DNA from: Dehalococcoidia bacterium
GTDB taxonomy: Bacteria > Chloroflexota > Dehalococcoidia > UBA2979
Reading direction: 5' to 3'
Assembly (NCBI GenBank): GCA_041390625.1
Contig: JAWKPM010000005.1
Span: 128,178-192,177, forward strand
Length of the DNA stretch: 64,000 nt
This document shows positions 41,484 through 50,956 of the stretch, piece after piece. Position 1 is the stretch's first letter, and every line of letters begins with the position of its first letter. The notes beneath the pieces are model-generated. The model saw only the letters and a list, made by a program, of their open reading frames with translations. It did not search any database and was not told the DNA's origin. The translations under genes were made by a program, and so were the position numbers.

Positions 41484-41981
41484 TCAGGCGGGCGAATCGC
41501 CCTCGGTGGCGGCGCCTCGATGAACGCTCATGTCGCCGCCGCCCGCAGGGTCGGGCCCGGGGTCGGCGCCGGTCGCGGCGACCGCGAGCCTCGAGAGGTA
41601 GTGCGCCCAGCCGTCGCGATGCGCGGAGATCAGCTCCTCGTCGTCGGGCAGGCCGGTATGCAGCAGGGTGAGGTGGGTGCCGCCGCCATCGGGGCGCAGC
41701 GTGATCTCGATGGTGGAGGAGCCGGGGGGAACGGACTCGAAGCCGCCTCGTTCCCAGCCCCAGGTGTAGACGATGCGGTCGTACGGCCGGACCTCGAGGA
41801 ACTCGCCCGAAGTGAGGTCGCCGACGATGTTCATCTGGACGCGGTACGTGCCGCCGGGTCGTGCGTCGATCTCGGCGTGCTGGCCCTGCCAGCGGAGGAG
41901 ACGCTCGGCGTCCGTGAAGTAGCCGAAGACGATCTCGGGTCGGGCATCGATGTGGATCTCCCGCTCGACGGTGCCGCTCAT
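41484..41981 (-). CDS. SRPBCC domain protein, AHSA1 (activator of Hsp90 ATPase homologue-like) type
   Basis: 165 aa. Canonical partner of ArsR. Confidence 0.75.
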   Translation of the reverse strand: MSGTVEREIHIDARPEIVFGYFTDAERLLRWQGQHAEIDARPGGTYRVQMNIVGDLTSGEFLEVRPYDRIVYTWGWERGGFESVPPGSSTIEITLRPDGGGTHLTLLHTGLPDDEELISAHRDGWAHYLSRLAVAATGADPGPDPAGGGDMSVHRGAATEGDSPA

Positions 41982-42328
41982 GCCTCGGGCTCCGAATCGG
42001 CCTCGGTCGCGGCCTCGGCACGGCGGACGGCGCGCTCCTCGGCCTCGGCTTCGAGCTTGAGGCGCTCGAGGCCCTCGGCCCAGAAGGACTCGACGAAGTC
42101 GCGCAGGCCCTCAAGGCCCTCGGGCCGTGCGCGGTAGAGCCGGCGCGTGCCGTCGCGGCGCTCGGTGACGAGCCCGGCCTCGCGGAGGACGCGGAGGTGC
42201 TGGGAGATGGCGGGGCGCGTGACCTCAAAGTTGGCGGCGATGGCGCCGGCGGGGAGCTCCTGCCATCGGACGAGCTCGAGGATCTGGCGTCGTCGGGGCT
42301 CGGCGAGGGCGGCGAGGGCATCGTTCAT
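41978..42328 (-). CDS. ArsR/SmtB family metalloregulatory transcriptional regulator
   Basis: 116 aa. HTH RRRQILELVRWQELPAGAIAANFEVTRPAISQHLRVLREAGLV. Overlaps AHSA1 start by 4 nt. Confidence 0.8.
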   Translation of the reverse strand: MNDALAALAEPRRRQILELVRWQELPAGAIAANFEVTRPAISQHLRVLREAGLVTERRDGTRRLYRARPEGLEGLRDFVESFWAEGLERLKLEAEAEERAVRRAEAATEADSEPEA

Positions 42329-42330
42329 GG

Positions 42331-42400
42331 CGCTGAGAGTAATCGTTTACTAACGTTCGTGTCAACTTACGGTTTGTCGTACGCGGCGAGGCCTATGCCG
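42331..42400. promoter_or_regulatory. AT-rich promoter/operator-like region upstream of arsR with short inverted repeats (CGTTTACTAACG, AACGTT)
   Basis: TAATCGTTTACTAACGTTCGTGTCAACTTACGGTTTGTCGTACG stands out at about 40% GC in a 70% GC background. Confidence 0.35.
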
Positions 42401-42422
42401 GGAAGCTTTCGCCTCGAGGCGG

Positions 42423-43094
42423 CTACAGCGAGGTGAGGGCGCGGAGGCCCGCAACGAGGAAGAGAGCGCCGAGGAGCAGGAGGAACGCACCGCAGGCGCC
42501 GAGCAGGCCTCGGTAGATCGAGGTGTTGGCGCGGCGGCGGCCGCTGGCGATGAGGGCGGCGATGCCGGTGAGCCAGACGAAGTCCGAGGTGATGTGGCCC
42601 GCGAAGAAGACGAGCGGGCCGGCACGACCGGCCTCGAGGGACTCGGCGGTGAGGGCGGCGCCGACGCTGGCCCACCAGATGACCCAGTAGGGGTTCATGA
42701 CGGAGACGACCATCGCGGCGGGCGCGACGGCGGTCACGGCCTCGATGGCCGAGGTGGGAACCGCCGCCTGGCCCCGGGCGACGGCCAGCTAGTGGTCGAG
42801 CGCGTCGCCTCTGAGGGAGCGCAGGAGGCCCCAGCCCATCCAGAGCAGGACGAGTCCGCCGGCGACGGCGATGACATCGGTGGCGGTGCCGCCCTCGAGG
42901 GCGCCGCGGAGGCCGGTCGCTAACAGCAGCACGAGGGCGAGTTCGACGACACCGTGACCGAGGGTGGCGAGGGGACCGGCCTGCCAACCTCGACGAGCAG
43001 CCTCGCGGATGGTGAGCACGGTGAGGGGGCCGGGGCTCAGCGCGCCGCTGAGGCCGGCGACAAAGGAGACGGCGGCGACACCGAGGAGCTCCAC
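42423..43094 (-). pseudogene. LysE/RhtB-family amino-acid exporter gene interrupted by a single in-frame TAG
   Basis: ORFs 42789..43094 (LysE N-terminal half with PGP motif) and 42423..42737 (C-terminal half). Same frame, separated only by TAG at 42789-42791 and 17 sense codons. Confidence 0.6.
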
Positions 43095-43191
43095 GGGGCG
43101 AGTGTAGGCTCGGCCGTAGGCGAGGGCTGCCTCGGCGGGTAGTGACGCGCAGACCTCTCAGGCGCGAGCCTCAACTCGGCACCTAAAGGGC

Positions 43192-43674
43192 GTGCGGATG
43201 CGCTGGGTACTCGGCCTCGCTTTGTCGATCGCTGCGGTCGCGCTCGTGGCGACGCGAGGGGAGGGACCTCGAGTCGTGGACGGCGGCACGGCCGCCTGGA
43301 ACGTGCGGTACGAAACGCCCTCGAACTGGGGGCAAGGGCCCTTCGAGCGCTGGATGCCCACGAGTGGGCTCGCCGCTGCGGACGGCTCGATGCGGGCCTG
43401 GATGCTCGTCCTCCCCGTGGCATCCACGGCGGCGATTCCGGCCGAGTGGGACTCCGAGGACCTCGGCCCTGTGCGAGCGGCTGGACTCGACGGACGAATG
43501 GTCCAATTGCGGCACCCGGGCGGACAGTCCGCGTTTCGTGCGTACCTCGATGATCCGATGGGAACTGGGTGGGTGTGGCGGGTGGAGCTGAGGGGCATGC
43601 CAGACAACGAAGTCGACGCACTTCGTCCGGCGTTCGATCTCGCGCTGAGAACGCTCGCGATCGAGTGGCGCTGA
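43192..43674 (+). CDS. secreted hypothetical protein (signal peptide)
   Basis: 160 aa. N-terminal MRMRWVLGLALSIAAVALVA signal peptide. Confidence 0.5.
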   Translation: MRMRWVLGLALSIAAVALVATRGEGPRVVDGGTAAWNVRYETPSNWGQGPFERWMPTSGLAAADGSMRAWMLVLPVASTAAIPAEWDSEDLGPVRAAGLDGRMVQLRHPGGQSAFRAYLDDPMGTGWVWRVELRGMPDNEVDALRPAFDLALRTLAIEWR

Positions 43675-43724
43675 CCGCCTCGGAACGGCCACCCCTTCCT
43701 CGGGGGTGAGATACGCTCGGCGGG

Positions 43725-44888
43725 ATGTGGCCCAAGACGGAGAAGCAGTCAGAGCTGCTCGCCACGGCGGAGCGGCTGGCGGCGGAGTTCGCACCGCGGG
43801 CGGCGGCGCACGACCGCGAGGCCTCGTTCCCGTCCGAGAACTTCGAGGCGCTGCGCGCGAGCGGCTACCTCGCGGCGGCCATACCGACCGAGTACGGGGG
43901 GCCGGGGCACGGCCTCGATGACGTGGTGCTGGCGCACCTCGCACTGGCGCAAGGCGATGGCTCGACGGCCCTCGGGGCCGGCATGCACCTGATGGTGTGC
44001 GGCACCGAGGCTGACGCGCGCGTGTGGCCGGAGGCCGTGCGGGCGCGACTCTTCGAGGCGGTGCTGCGCGACGGGGCGATCCTGAACAACATCGCGGCGG
44101 AGCCCGACCTCGGATCGCCGCAGGGCGGCGGGCGACCGGCGACGACGCTGACGCCAACAGGGGCGGGCCGATGGCGCCTCGATGGGCGCAAGACGTTTTC
44201 GACGCTGGCACCGGTGTTGACGCACTTCGTGACGTACGCGGCGGTGGACGACGGGTCGGGCGACGTGGCGCGGGTGGCGGTGCCTCGGGAGCGCAGCGGC
44301 ATGCGCATCGAGGAGACGTGGGACGCCCTCGGGATGCGCGCGAGCGGGTCGCACGATGTGCTGTTCGAGGGCGTGGAGGTCCTCGATGAGGACTTCACGA
44401 CGCGCACGCACCCGGGTCAGTCCGAGCGCGGGGTGCCGGCGTGGTTCGCGCTGACGGTGGGGGCGACGAACCTCGGGATCGCGGAGGCGGCACTCGAGTA
44501 CACGGTGCGCTTCGCGCGGGAGCGACGGCCCTCGGGAGGCCCGCACGTCGCCTCGATCCCGCACGTGCGCGAGCAGGTGGGGCGGATGGAGGCGCTGTCG
44601 ATGGCGGCACGGGCGCTGCTGCTGCAAACCGCCGAGGACTGGGCGCAGCACCCCGACTCGCGCTCGGACCTCGGTGCGGCGGTGGCGGCCTCGAAGCGGC
44701 TGGCAACGAACAGCGCGGTGGAGATCGTAGAACTCGCGATGCGGGTCGTGGGCGGCGTGGCGCTGCACCGGTCGGAGCCGCTGGAACGGTACTTCCGCGA
44801 TGTGCGGGCTGGCCTCGTGAATCCGCCGATTGAAGCGCGGGCGCTGGAGACGATCGCGGCCTCGCTGTTGGACGTGCTTCGGGAGTAG
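43725..44888 (+). CDS. acyl-CoA dehydrogenase family protein
   Basis: 387 aa. ACAD fold pattern (GGPGHGLDDVVLA..., C-terminal helical domain). Confidence 0.8.
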   Translation: MWPKTEKQSELLATAERLAAEFAPRAAAHDREASFPSENFEALRASGYLAAAIPTEYGGPGHGLDDVVLAHLALAQGDGSTALGAGMHLMVCGTEADARVWPEAVRARLFEAVLRDGAILNNIAAEPDLGSPQGGGRPATTLTPTGAGRWRLDGRKTFSTLAPVLTHFVTYAAVDDGSGDVARVAVPRERSGMRIEETWDALGMRASGSHDVLFEGVEVLDEDFTTRTHPGQSERGVPAWFALTVGATNLGIAEAALEYTVRFARERRPSGGPHVASIPHVREQVGRMEALSMAARALLLQTAEDWAQHPDSRSDLGAAVAASKRLATNSAVEIVELAMRVVGGVALHRSEPLERYFRDVRAGLVNPPIEARALETIAASLLDVLRE

Positions 44889-44967
44889 CACTCGACCTCG
44901 AAAGGTCCGCCGCGCGGGTGCATCTCGCGCGGATGCTCACGTGGCGCCTCGGGAGTAGGGTGAGCGC

Positions 44968-45702
44968 GTGAACGAGGGGCCGGCCATCGACGTGCGGGAG
45001 CTGCGGGTGGTGCGCGGCGGGAACGTCGTGCTGCCCGGGCTGTCGCTATCGGTGCCTCGAGGGAGTGTCACGGGGCTGCTCGGACCGAGCGGCTGCGGGA
45101 AGTCGACGCTCATGCGGGCGATCGTCGGCGTGCAGCGCGTCGCCGGCGGCAGCGTCGAGGTGCTGGGGCAGGCGGCCGGATCGTCCTCGGTGCGCGGGCA
45201 GGTCGGGTACGTGACGCAGGCGCCTTCGGTGTACGAGGACCTGACAGTGCGCGAGAACCTCGACTACTTCGCACGCCTGCTCGATGCGCCGAGTGAGCGC
45301 GTCGACGAGGTGCTGAGCGACGTCGGACTCGATGAGGTCGGGAACCGCGAGGTGTCACGCCTGTCGGGCGGGCAGCGAGCGCGAGTCTCGCTGGCGACGG
45401 CGCTGCTCAATCACCCGCAGGTGCTGGTCCTCGATGAGCCGACCGTCGGCCTCGACCCGGTGCTGCGTCGATCGCTGTGGGAGCTCTTCCATCGCCTCTC
45501 GAGCGACGGGGCGACGCTGCTGGTCTCGAGTCACGTCATGGACGAAGCGGCACGCTGCGACCAACTGCTGCTGATGCGCGACGGCGAGCTGCTCGCAACA
45601 GGCGCGCCGGACGAGCTGCTCAAGCGCACCGGCACTTCCGAGATTGAGGACGCGTTCCTCGCGCTGGTGGAGACGCACGGAGCGCACGAGGGCACCTCGT
45701 GA
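44968..45702 (+). CDS. ABC transporter ATP-binding protein
   Basis: 244 aa. Walker A GPSGCGKST, signature LSGGQRARVSLA, Walker B VLVLDEPT. Confidence 0.85.
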   Translation: MNEGPAIDVRELRVVRGGNVVLPGLSLSVPRGSVTGLLGPSGCGKSTLMRAIVGVQRVAGGSVEVLGQAAGSSSVRGQVGYVTQAPSVYEDLTVRENLDYFARLLDAPSERVDEVLSDVGLDEVGNREVSRLSGGQRARVSLATALLNHPQVLVLDEPTVGLDPVLRRSLWELFHRLSSDGATLLVSSHVMDEAARCDQLLLMRDGELLATGAPDELLKRTGTSEIEDAFLALVETHGAHEGTS

Positions 45703-46436
45703 GGGCCGTGAAGGGCACAGTGGCGACGGCCCAGCGCGTGTTGCGGCAGCTGCGCCGCGACCCGCGTACGGTCGCGATGCTCCTCGTGGTGCCGGTGGTG
45801 TTGGTCTCGCTGATGAAGGCGGTCTTCGCGGGCGGCGGCGCCTTCCAGCGCGTCGGCGTGCCGCTTCTCGGGATCTTCCCGCTGATCTCGATGTTCCTCG
45901 TGACGGCGGTGACGATGCAGCGCGAGCGCTCGACGGGGACGCTCGAGCGACTGATGTCGATGCCCATCGCGAAGCTCGATCTGCTGCTGGGGTACGCCAT
46001 CGCGTTCGGGGTGCTGGCAGCGGTGCAGGCGACCCTCACCTCGGTGGTCGCGTTCTCGCTGCTGGACCTGCATAGCGACGGTCCGGCGTGGGCGGTGGTC
46101 ACGTTCGCGGTGGGGAACGCGGTCCTCGGGACGGCGCTCGGGCTCTTCGTCAGCGCGTTCGCCCGGAGCGAGTTCCAGGCGGTGCAGTTCATGCCGCTGT
46201 TCCTGATGCCGCAGGTGTTCCTGTGCGGGCTGATGGCGCCGCGTTCCTCGATGCCCCGCGCGCTCGAAATCGTGTCGGACTACCTGCCTCTGACGTACGC
46301 CTACGATGGGCTGCGCCTCGTGGCGACCGAGGGCGCGTGGAGCGGCGCGCTTGCGCGGGACATCGCGCTGGTGACGGCGGCGGCCGTGGCCTCGGTGGCG
46401 CTGGGGGCGGCGACTTTGCAGCGCCGAACCGGGTAA
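45699..46436 (+). CDS. ABC-2 type transporter permease
   Basis: 245 aa. Six predicted TM helices. Start overlaps ATPase stop by 4 nt. Confidence 0.8.
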   Translation: MRAVKGTVATAQRVLRQLRRDPRTVAMLLVVPVVLVSLMKAVFAGGGAFQRVGVPLLGIFPLISMFLVTAVTMQRERSTGTLERLMSMPIAKLDLLLGYAIAFGVLAAVQATLTSVVAFSLLDLHSDGPAWAVVTFAVGNAVLGTALGLFVSAFARSEFQAVQFMPLFLMPQVFLCGLMAPRSSMPRALEIVSDYLPLTYAYDGLRLVATEGAWSGALARDIALVTAAAVASVALGAATLQRRTG

Positions 46437-46457
46437 CGCCTCGGGCTGCGTGCGCTT

Positions 46458-47840
46458 CTAGTTTCCGCCGCCGGGGCAGGCACGAAGCTCGTTCGTCTCG
46501 GCATCGAGGAGCGTGCCGTCTGGCTGCTCGAAGGCGGAGAACGACGTGCCGTCACCACAAATGATCAGCTGCGGCACCCCTTGAAGCTCGAAGACCGGGG
46601 CCGCAGTCGGTGTGTCCGTGGCGGCCTCGGTGGCGGGGGCCGAGGCCTCGATGGTCGCGGTCGCATCGAGGCTCGTGGCGCCCGCGCTGCCGCCCGAGTC
46701 TCCGCCCCCACCGAAGGCGTAGAACGCACCTCCGAGGATGACGGCGAGGATGATCGCTGCGGCGCCGAGCCGGACCCGACTCGAGCCGAAGCGGGACCGC
46801 GTGGCGCCGGCATCCCGATAGAGCCTCGCGACCGCCGAGTGGCTCGCGTCGACTTCCCCCGGATCCACGGTAGTGAGGTCCTTGTCGCGATCGTTGACGA
46901 CGATGCCGGACGTGTCGACGGGAGGTGCATCGACCGGCAGCGGGGTGCCGGACATCGCGTCGAGGTCGACCGACTTCGCGGAATCGGCCGCGAGTCCGCC
47001 GGACGAGAATGAGGGCGCTACGTCGACCGCCTGGTCGAGGATGATGACATCGTCGTCCGAGTCGTCGACGGCGGAATCGAGGTCGGAGGGCCGGTCGGGT
47101 GCGTCGTCCTCGATGGTGGCGGCTCCACCGCCGTCCGCGTTGGGCTCCTGAAGCCATCGCGCGATCTCGAATCGCGCCTCGTGCGGAAGGCTCGCGAGGG
47201 CGAAGTCACGAACGAAGACGTACTCCCACGGGTACGGCTGCGGCTCCGGGTCCGCGTAGCTGAAGACGATCGCGCGCTCGCAGGCGTCCATGACGGCCGC
47301 AGCTCGTTCGGTACGCCGCGCGTCGCTTGCAGGCGGACCCGCACCACCGAAGAGGTCGGGGGCGGCCGGCACCTCGAAGCGAGCAGGGAACCCGGCCGTC
47401 GCCTGGCGCGTCTCGAGCTGCTCCTGCAGTTCGCGCTGGACGCCGAAGATGTTGGCCCACCACCAGACGTTCCTCCAGCCCTCGGGCGCGAGCTCACCGG
47501 ACTGCTGGCTCTGCGCCAGCTGGGAGAGATGATTCTCGAGGTCGAAGCCGGGCATCTGCAGCAGTTCCATGTCCGCCAGATACGCAAGCGACGACGCTCC
47601 GGACCCTGACCGGGGCTGTGACCACGAAGGGGCGCGAGACGGACGCGGGATGTGCCTCGTGCCGACCGGGCGATCGAGGACGACCTCGTCGTCGCCGGCG
47701 TCATCGACGGCAGAGTCCGTGTCGGTCGTCGCCTCGGCATCCGCGGACGAGGGCTCGCCGGGCGGGGTGAGATAGGCGCGCAGGATGGCCGCGATGTCCG
47801 CGAGCGCCTCGCGGTCGAGCTTCGACGTGGGTTCGGTCAT
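46458..47840 (-). CDS. hypothetical acidic protein with single C-terminal-proximal TM helix and internal repeat
   Basis: Start set at MTEPTSKLDREALADIAAILRAYL (460 aa). Repeat SAVDDAGDDEVVLDRPV / SAVDDSDDDVIILDQAV. TM LGAAAIILAVILGGAFYAF then about 90-aa extracytoplasmic tail. The R/P-rich 5' extension of the 554-aa ORF is rejected. Confidence 0.5.
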   Translation of the reverse strand: MTEPTSKLDREALADIAAILRAYLTPPGEPSSADAEATTDTDSAVDDAGDDEVVLDRPVGTRHIPRPSRAPSWSQPRSGSGASSLAYLADMELLQMPGFDLENHLSQLAQSQQSGELAPEGWRNVWWWANIFGVQRELQEQLETRQATAGFPARFEVPAAPDLFGGAGPPASDARRTERAAAVMDACERAIVFSYADPEPQPYPWEYVFVRDFALASLPHEARFEIARWLQEPNADGGGAATIEDDAPDRPSDLDSAVDDSDDDVIILDQAVDVAPSFSSGGLAADSAKSVDLDAMSGTPLPVDAPPVDTSGIVVNDRDKDLTTVDPGEVDASHSAVARLYRDAGATRSRFGSSRVRLGAAAIILAVILGGAFYAFGGGGDSGGSAGATSLDATATIEASAPATEAATDTPTAAPVFELQGVPQLIICGDGTSFSAFEQPDGTLLDAETNELRACPGGGN

Positions 47841-47884
47841 GGGCGCACCTCCCGAGGCACCGTACCGCGCGCGGGCAAGGACAC

Positions 47885-49183
47885 TCAGGCCTCGGGGGCT
47901 GCACCCTCCTCGAGTTCTGCGCGGTCGCGGGCGGCGAGGCGGTAGAGCGGGAGGGTCGCGCCGAGGAGCAGCGTGGCGGTGACGAGGGCGGTGACGACGC
48001 CTCGGAGCTGGGCGAGCACGCCGATGCCGGGCCCGCCGGCAACCTGGCCAATGGCGTCGGCCTGCGAGTACATCGAGAGCACGGTCGCCCTCGAGCGTGG
48101 GTCGAGGCCTCGGTTGACCCACGCGAGCGCCACCGGTGCCATCACGACGCGGGCCCAGCCGGTGAGCCAGTACGCAACGAGGGCGAGCCAGATCTGGTGC
48201 GCCAGCGCGAAGGCGAGCGCGGCAGCCATCAGCACGAGGGTGAGGACGGCGAGCGCCGACGAGAGCGCGGCAGGCGACTCGACGTCCACGCGGCGGCGCG
48301 CGACCTCGGCGGCCACGATGCCGCCGACCATCGTCCCGAGGGCGATCAGGGCGAACCAGCCGGGCTCACCGAGGTCACCGAGAGACGGCAGGCCGATCTC
48401 CTCGACGACCTGGAGCGGCCAGAGGCGGTCGAGCGACTCGCTCCACGCGCCGAGCAGGACGGCCGCGACGGCGAGCGCGAGCAGCGTGTGACGCCGGCGG
48501 ATCAGCGAGGCGCCCTGCACCGTCGGGGCCACGAGCGCGCTCCAGCGGCCCGAGGTGTCCTCGACGGCCACGCCTCGGTAGTCGCGCTCGGTCATCGTGA
48601 AGAGCAGGCCGACGCCGAGCACGACGTTCAGTGCGCCGAAGACCAGGAAGGGCGCCTGCAGGTCGATCAACGCGAGGCCGGTGATCGGAAGGATCGAGGC
48701 GAGGCGACCGACCTCGAGGAGCTGGGCGGCGCGGATGAAGGTGCGACCGGCCTCGATCTCGCCGATCTCGTCGGCGAGCCAAGCCTCGCGGGCGCCGGAG
48801 CGGAAGGTGAAGCCGATGCCCCAGATCACTTGTCCAGCGGCGATGAAGCCGAGGGTGGGCGACCAGCCCATGATGATGAATCCGAAGCCGGACACGAACG
48901 CGCTCAGGACGACCGAGAAGCGACGGCTCACCGCATCGGCGACGACGCCGGTCGGGACCTCACCGACGAACGCAGCGACCTCGAGGGCCGTGCCGACGAG
49001 GACGAGCTCGAGTGGGCTGAGCCCGGCCTCGCGGACGACGTAGAGGCCGTAGATGACGAGGCCGGGTCCGGTCAGGACGCCGTAGGCGGCCGCCATCGCG
49101 AGATAGAGGCCTCGAGGTGACACGGGGCGACCCGGCAGCAGCGTCGGCTGCCGGCTGATCCAGGCAGTTCGGGACACGAGCAC
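47885..49183 (-). CDS. MFS transporter
   Basis: 432 aa. 12 predicted TM helices. Confidence 0.8.
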   Translation of the reverse strand: MLVSRTAWISRQPTLLPGRPVSPRGLYLAMAAAYGVLTGPGLVIYGLYVVREAGLSPLELVLVGTALEVAAFVGEVPTGVVADAVSRRFSVVLSAFVSGFGFIIMGWSPTLGFIAAGQVIWGIGFTFRSGAREAWLADEIGEIEAGRTFIRAAQLLEVGRLASILPITGLALIDLQAPFLVFGALNVVLGVGLLFTMTERDYRGVAVEDTSGRWSALVAPTVQGASLIRRRHTLLALAVAAVLLGAWSESLDRLWPLQVVEEIGLPSLGDLGEPGWFALIALGTMVGGIVAAEVARRRVDVESPAALSSALAVLTLVLMAAALAFALAHQIWLALVAYWLTGWARVVMAPVALAWVNRGLDPRSRATVLSMYSQADAIGQVAGGPGIGVLAQLRGVVTALVTATLLLGATLPLYRLAARDRAELEEGAAPEA

Positions 49184-49425
49184 CCTCGTTCAGGAACGGC
49201 GCGCAACACGCGCCTCGATGGCGCGTTGCGCGTGGCGGCGAAGCGCCTCGATGCCTGCCGGGCCTGCTCGGGGGAGCTAGCGGCGGGCGGACGGGGCGCG
49301 GTTGAGGGCGGTTCGTGCGGTCACCGAGCGCCTCCTTCGTCCGCGAGGGTGTGCGCGCGGAGTGTGGCGGGGGCGCCTCGGACTGTCAATGTGGCGGGAC
49401 CTCGCGCCTCGGTTCGCGCCCGCGG

Positions 49426-50871
49426 CTAGCGGAGGGCGATGACGGTGCCGGCAGAGGTCGTCACGAAGGTGCCTCGAGCGGTGACGACGGCATCGAAGAG
49501 CGACGTGCCCTCGAAGGGGCGCTCGGCGAGGACGGCGCCGTCCGCGAGGTCGTAGCGCACGAGGCGGTCGGGATGCACGGCCAGGACGCCGGCGGGTGTC
49601 ACGAGCGGACCCTGGACGATCGCCTCGGTGTCGATGCGCCACACGTCCTCGCCGTTGGCGCGGTCGATCGCGCGGAGATCGCCGTCGGCGCTCGCGAGGA
49701 CCAGTCGGTCGTCGGCGATGGCGATCGGGAGCCCCTGCGAAGGCGGCTCGGGGATGACCCAGAGCGACGGTGGGGGCGGGACGTCGGGCGCCATGCCCCA
49801 GAGCCAGAACTGGTTCCAGACGGCGCGAATCCCCTCCCACCACGGGCGGCGCGACTCGAGGTCGAGGGCGGCGCCGAAGCGGGGTGAAATCGTGTAGACG
49901 TCACCGTCGTCGATCGCGATCGAGTAGGGGTGCGCACGCTCGAACTCGTAGAAGTACGTCTCGCGGCCGGTCACGCGATCGAACGCGAGCGTGCGGTTGC
50001 CGGTGGCGACGGCGATGTACCGGTCGGAGAGTGCCGGGGTGACGAAGGCCCAGTTCGACGGGATCGAGACGGTCCAGAGGCGCTCGAGGGTCTCGGCATC
50101 GAATCCGTGGAGCTCGCCCGTGCCGAAGACGTAAACCATACCGTCCGCGACCAGCGGAGACGTACCGAACGAGCTCTGGGTGGCTGCGGACTGGCCGACG
50201 AACTCGCCGGTGCTCGCGTCGACAACGTAGAGGATGCCCTGCCGTAACGGGACGTAGAGGCGATCGCCCGCAACGGTGGGCGCGGCGAACGGGAAGTTCT
50301 GGAGACGGTGCGTCCAGACCTCGGCGCCGGTCTGCACATCGAGGGCGACGATCCGGCCATCGAGGAGCGTCTCGTAGATGCGCTCGCCGTCGGAGATGGC
50401 CGGCGTGGCGGGGCCGGCGCCGAGATCGACGTTCCACGCCTCGGGGGCCTCGAGCGCGACCGTTGCCTCGGTGCGCCGCGTGGCGCCGAGGTCGCCGCCG
50501 GAGATCGGCCAGGTATCGGCGTTCGACGTGAGGTGGCGCTCGGTCGAAGACGGCGTGGGCACGGGCGGCGGCTCGTAGATGAAGGTGCGGTAGCCCCACC
50601 ACGCGAAGAGGAGCACCGCCATCGCGACGCCCACCAGGCGGATCCGGCGCGCCCATAGCTTGCGCTGCGTTTCGCGCGCGAGGCGCTGGGACTCGATGCG
50701 CTCCTCGAGGGCGAGGCGCTGCTCGGCCTCAGCCTGGGGGATGGGCCGCGCGCCGGCGATGTCATTCCAGCAGTGGTAGCAACGATTGCGGTACGCGAGA
50801 TTCGCGTATCCGCAGGTCGGGCAGAGCTTGTACTCGTCGGTCACGGGCGAGTCGGCCGGGGAGGTCACCAT
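49426..50871 (-). CDS. zinc-ribbon + TM + PQQ-like beta-propeller repeat protein
   Basis: 481 aa. N-terminal CPTCGY...CYHC zinc ribbon. TM VGVAMAVLLFAWWGY. Repeated PQQ-like blades (DGxVYxxxxxGxLxAxD). Confidence 0.7.
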   Translation of the reverse strand: MVTSPADSPVTDEYKLCPTCGYANLAYRNRCYHCWNDIAGARPIPQAEAEQRLALEERIESQRLARETQRKLWARRIRLVGVAMAVLLFAWWGYRTFIYEPPPVPTPSSTERHLTSNADTWPISGGDLGATRRTEATVALEAPEAWNVDLGAGPATPAISDGERIYETLLDGRIVALDVQTGAEVWTHRLQNFPFAAPTVAGDRLYVPLRQGILYVVDASTGEFVGQSAATQSSFGTSPLVADGMVYVFGTGELHGFDAETLERLWTVSIPSNWAFVTPALSDRYIAVATGNRTLAFDRVTGRETYFYEFERAHPYSIAIDDGDVYTISPRFGAALDLESRRPWWEGIRAVWNQFWLWGMAPDVPPPPSLWVIPEPPSQGLPIAIADDRLVLASADGDLRAIDRANGEDVWRIDTEAIVQGPLVTPAGVLAVHPDRLVRYDLADGAVLAERPFEGTSLFDAVVTARGTFVTTSAGTVIALR

Positions 50872-50956
50872 GCGGACGAGGGTAGCATCGAGGCCCCTTC
50901 ACGGGCCTTGATGCTTGACTCGTCTCGTGCCGCTCAGCGGCGGCCTCGAAGGGTGC

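Noticed and set aside
41170-42321. 383-aa ORF spanning the AHSA1/ArsR region
   Set aside because: Only the last 83 codons (DUF4242-like) look like protein. The rest is R/P/A-rich and overlaps the AHSA1 and ArsR genes in another frame.
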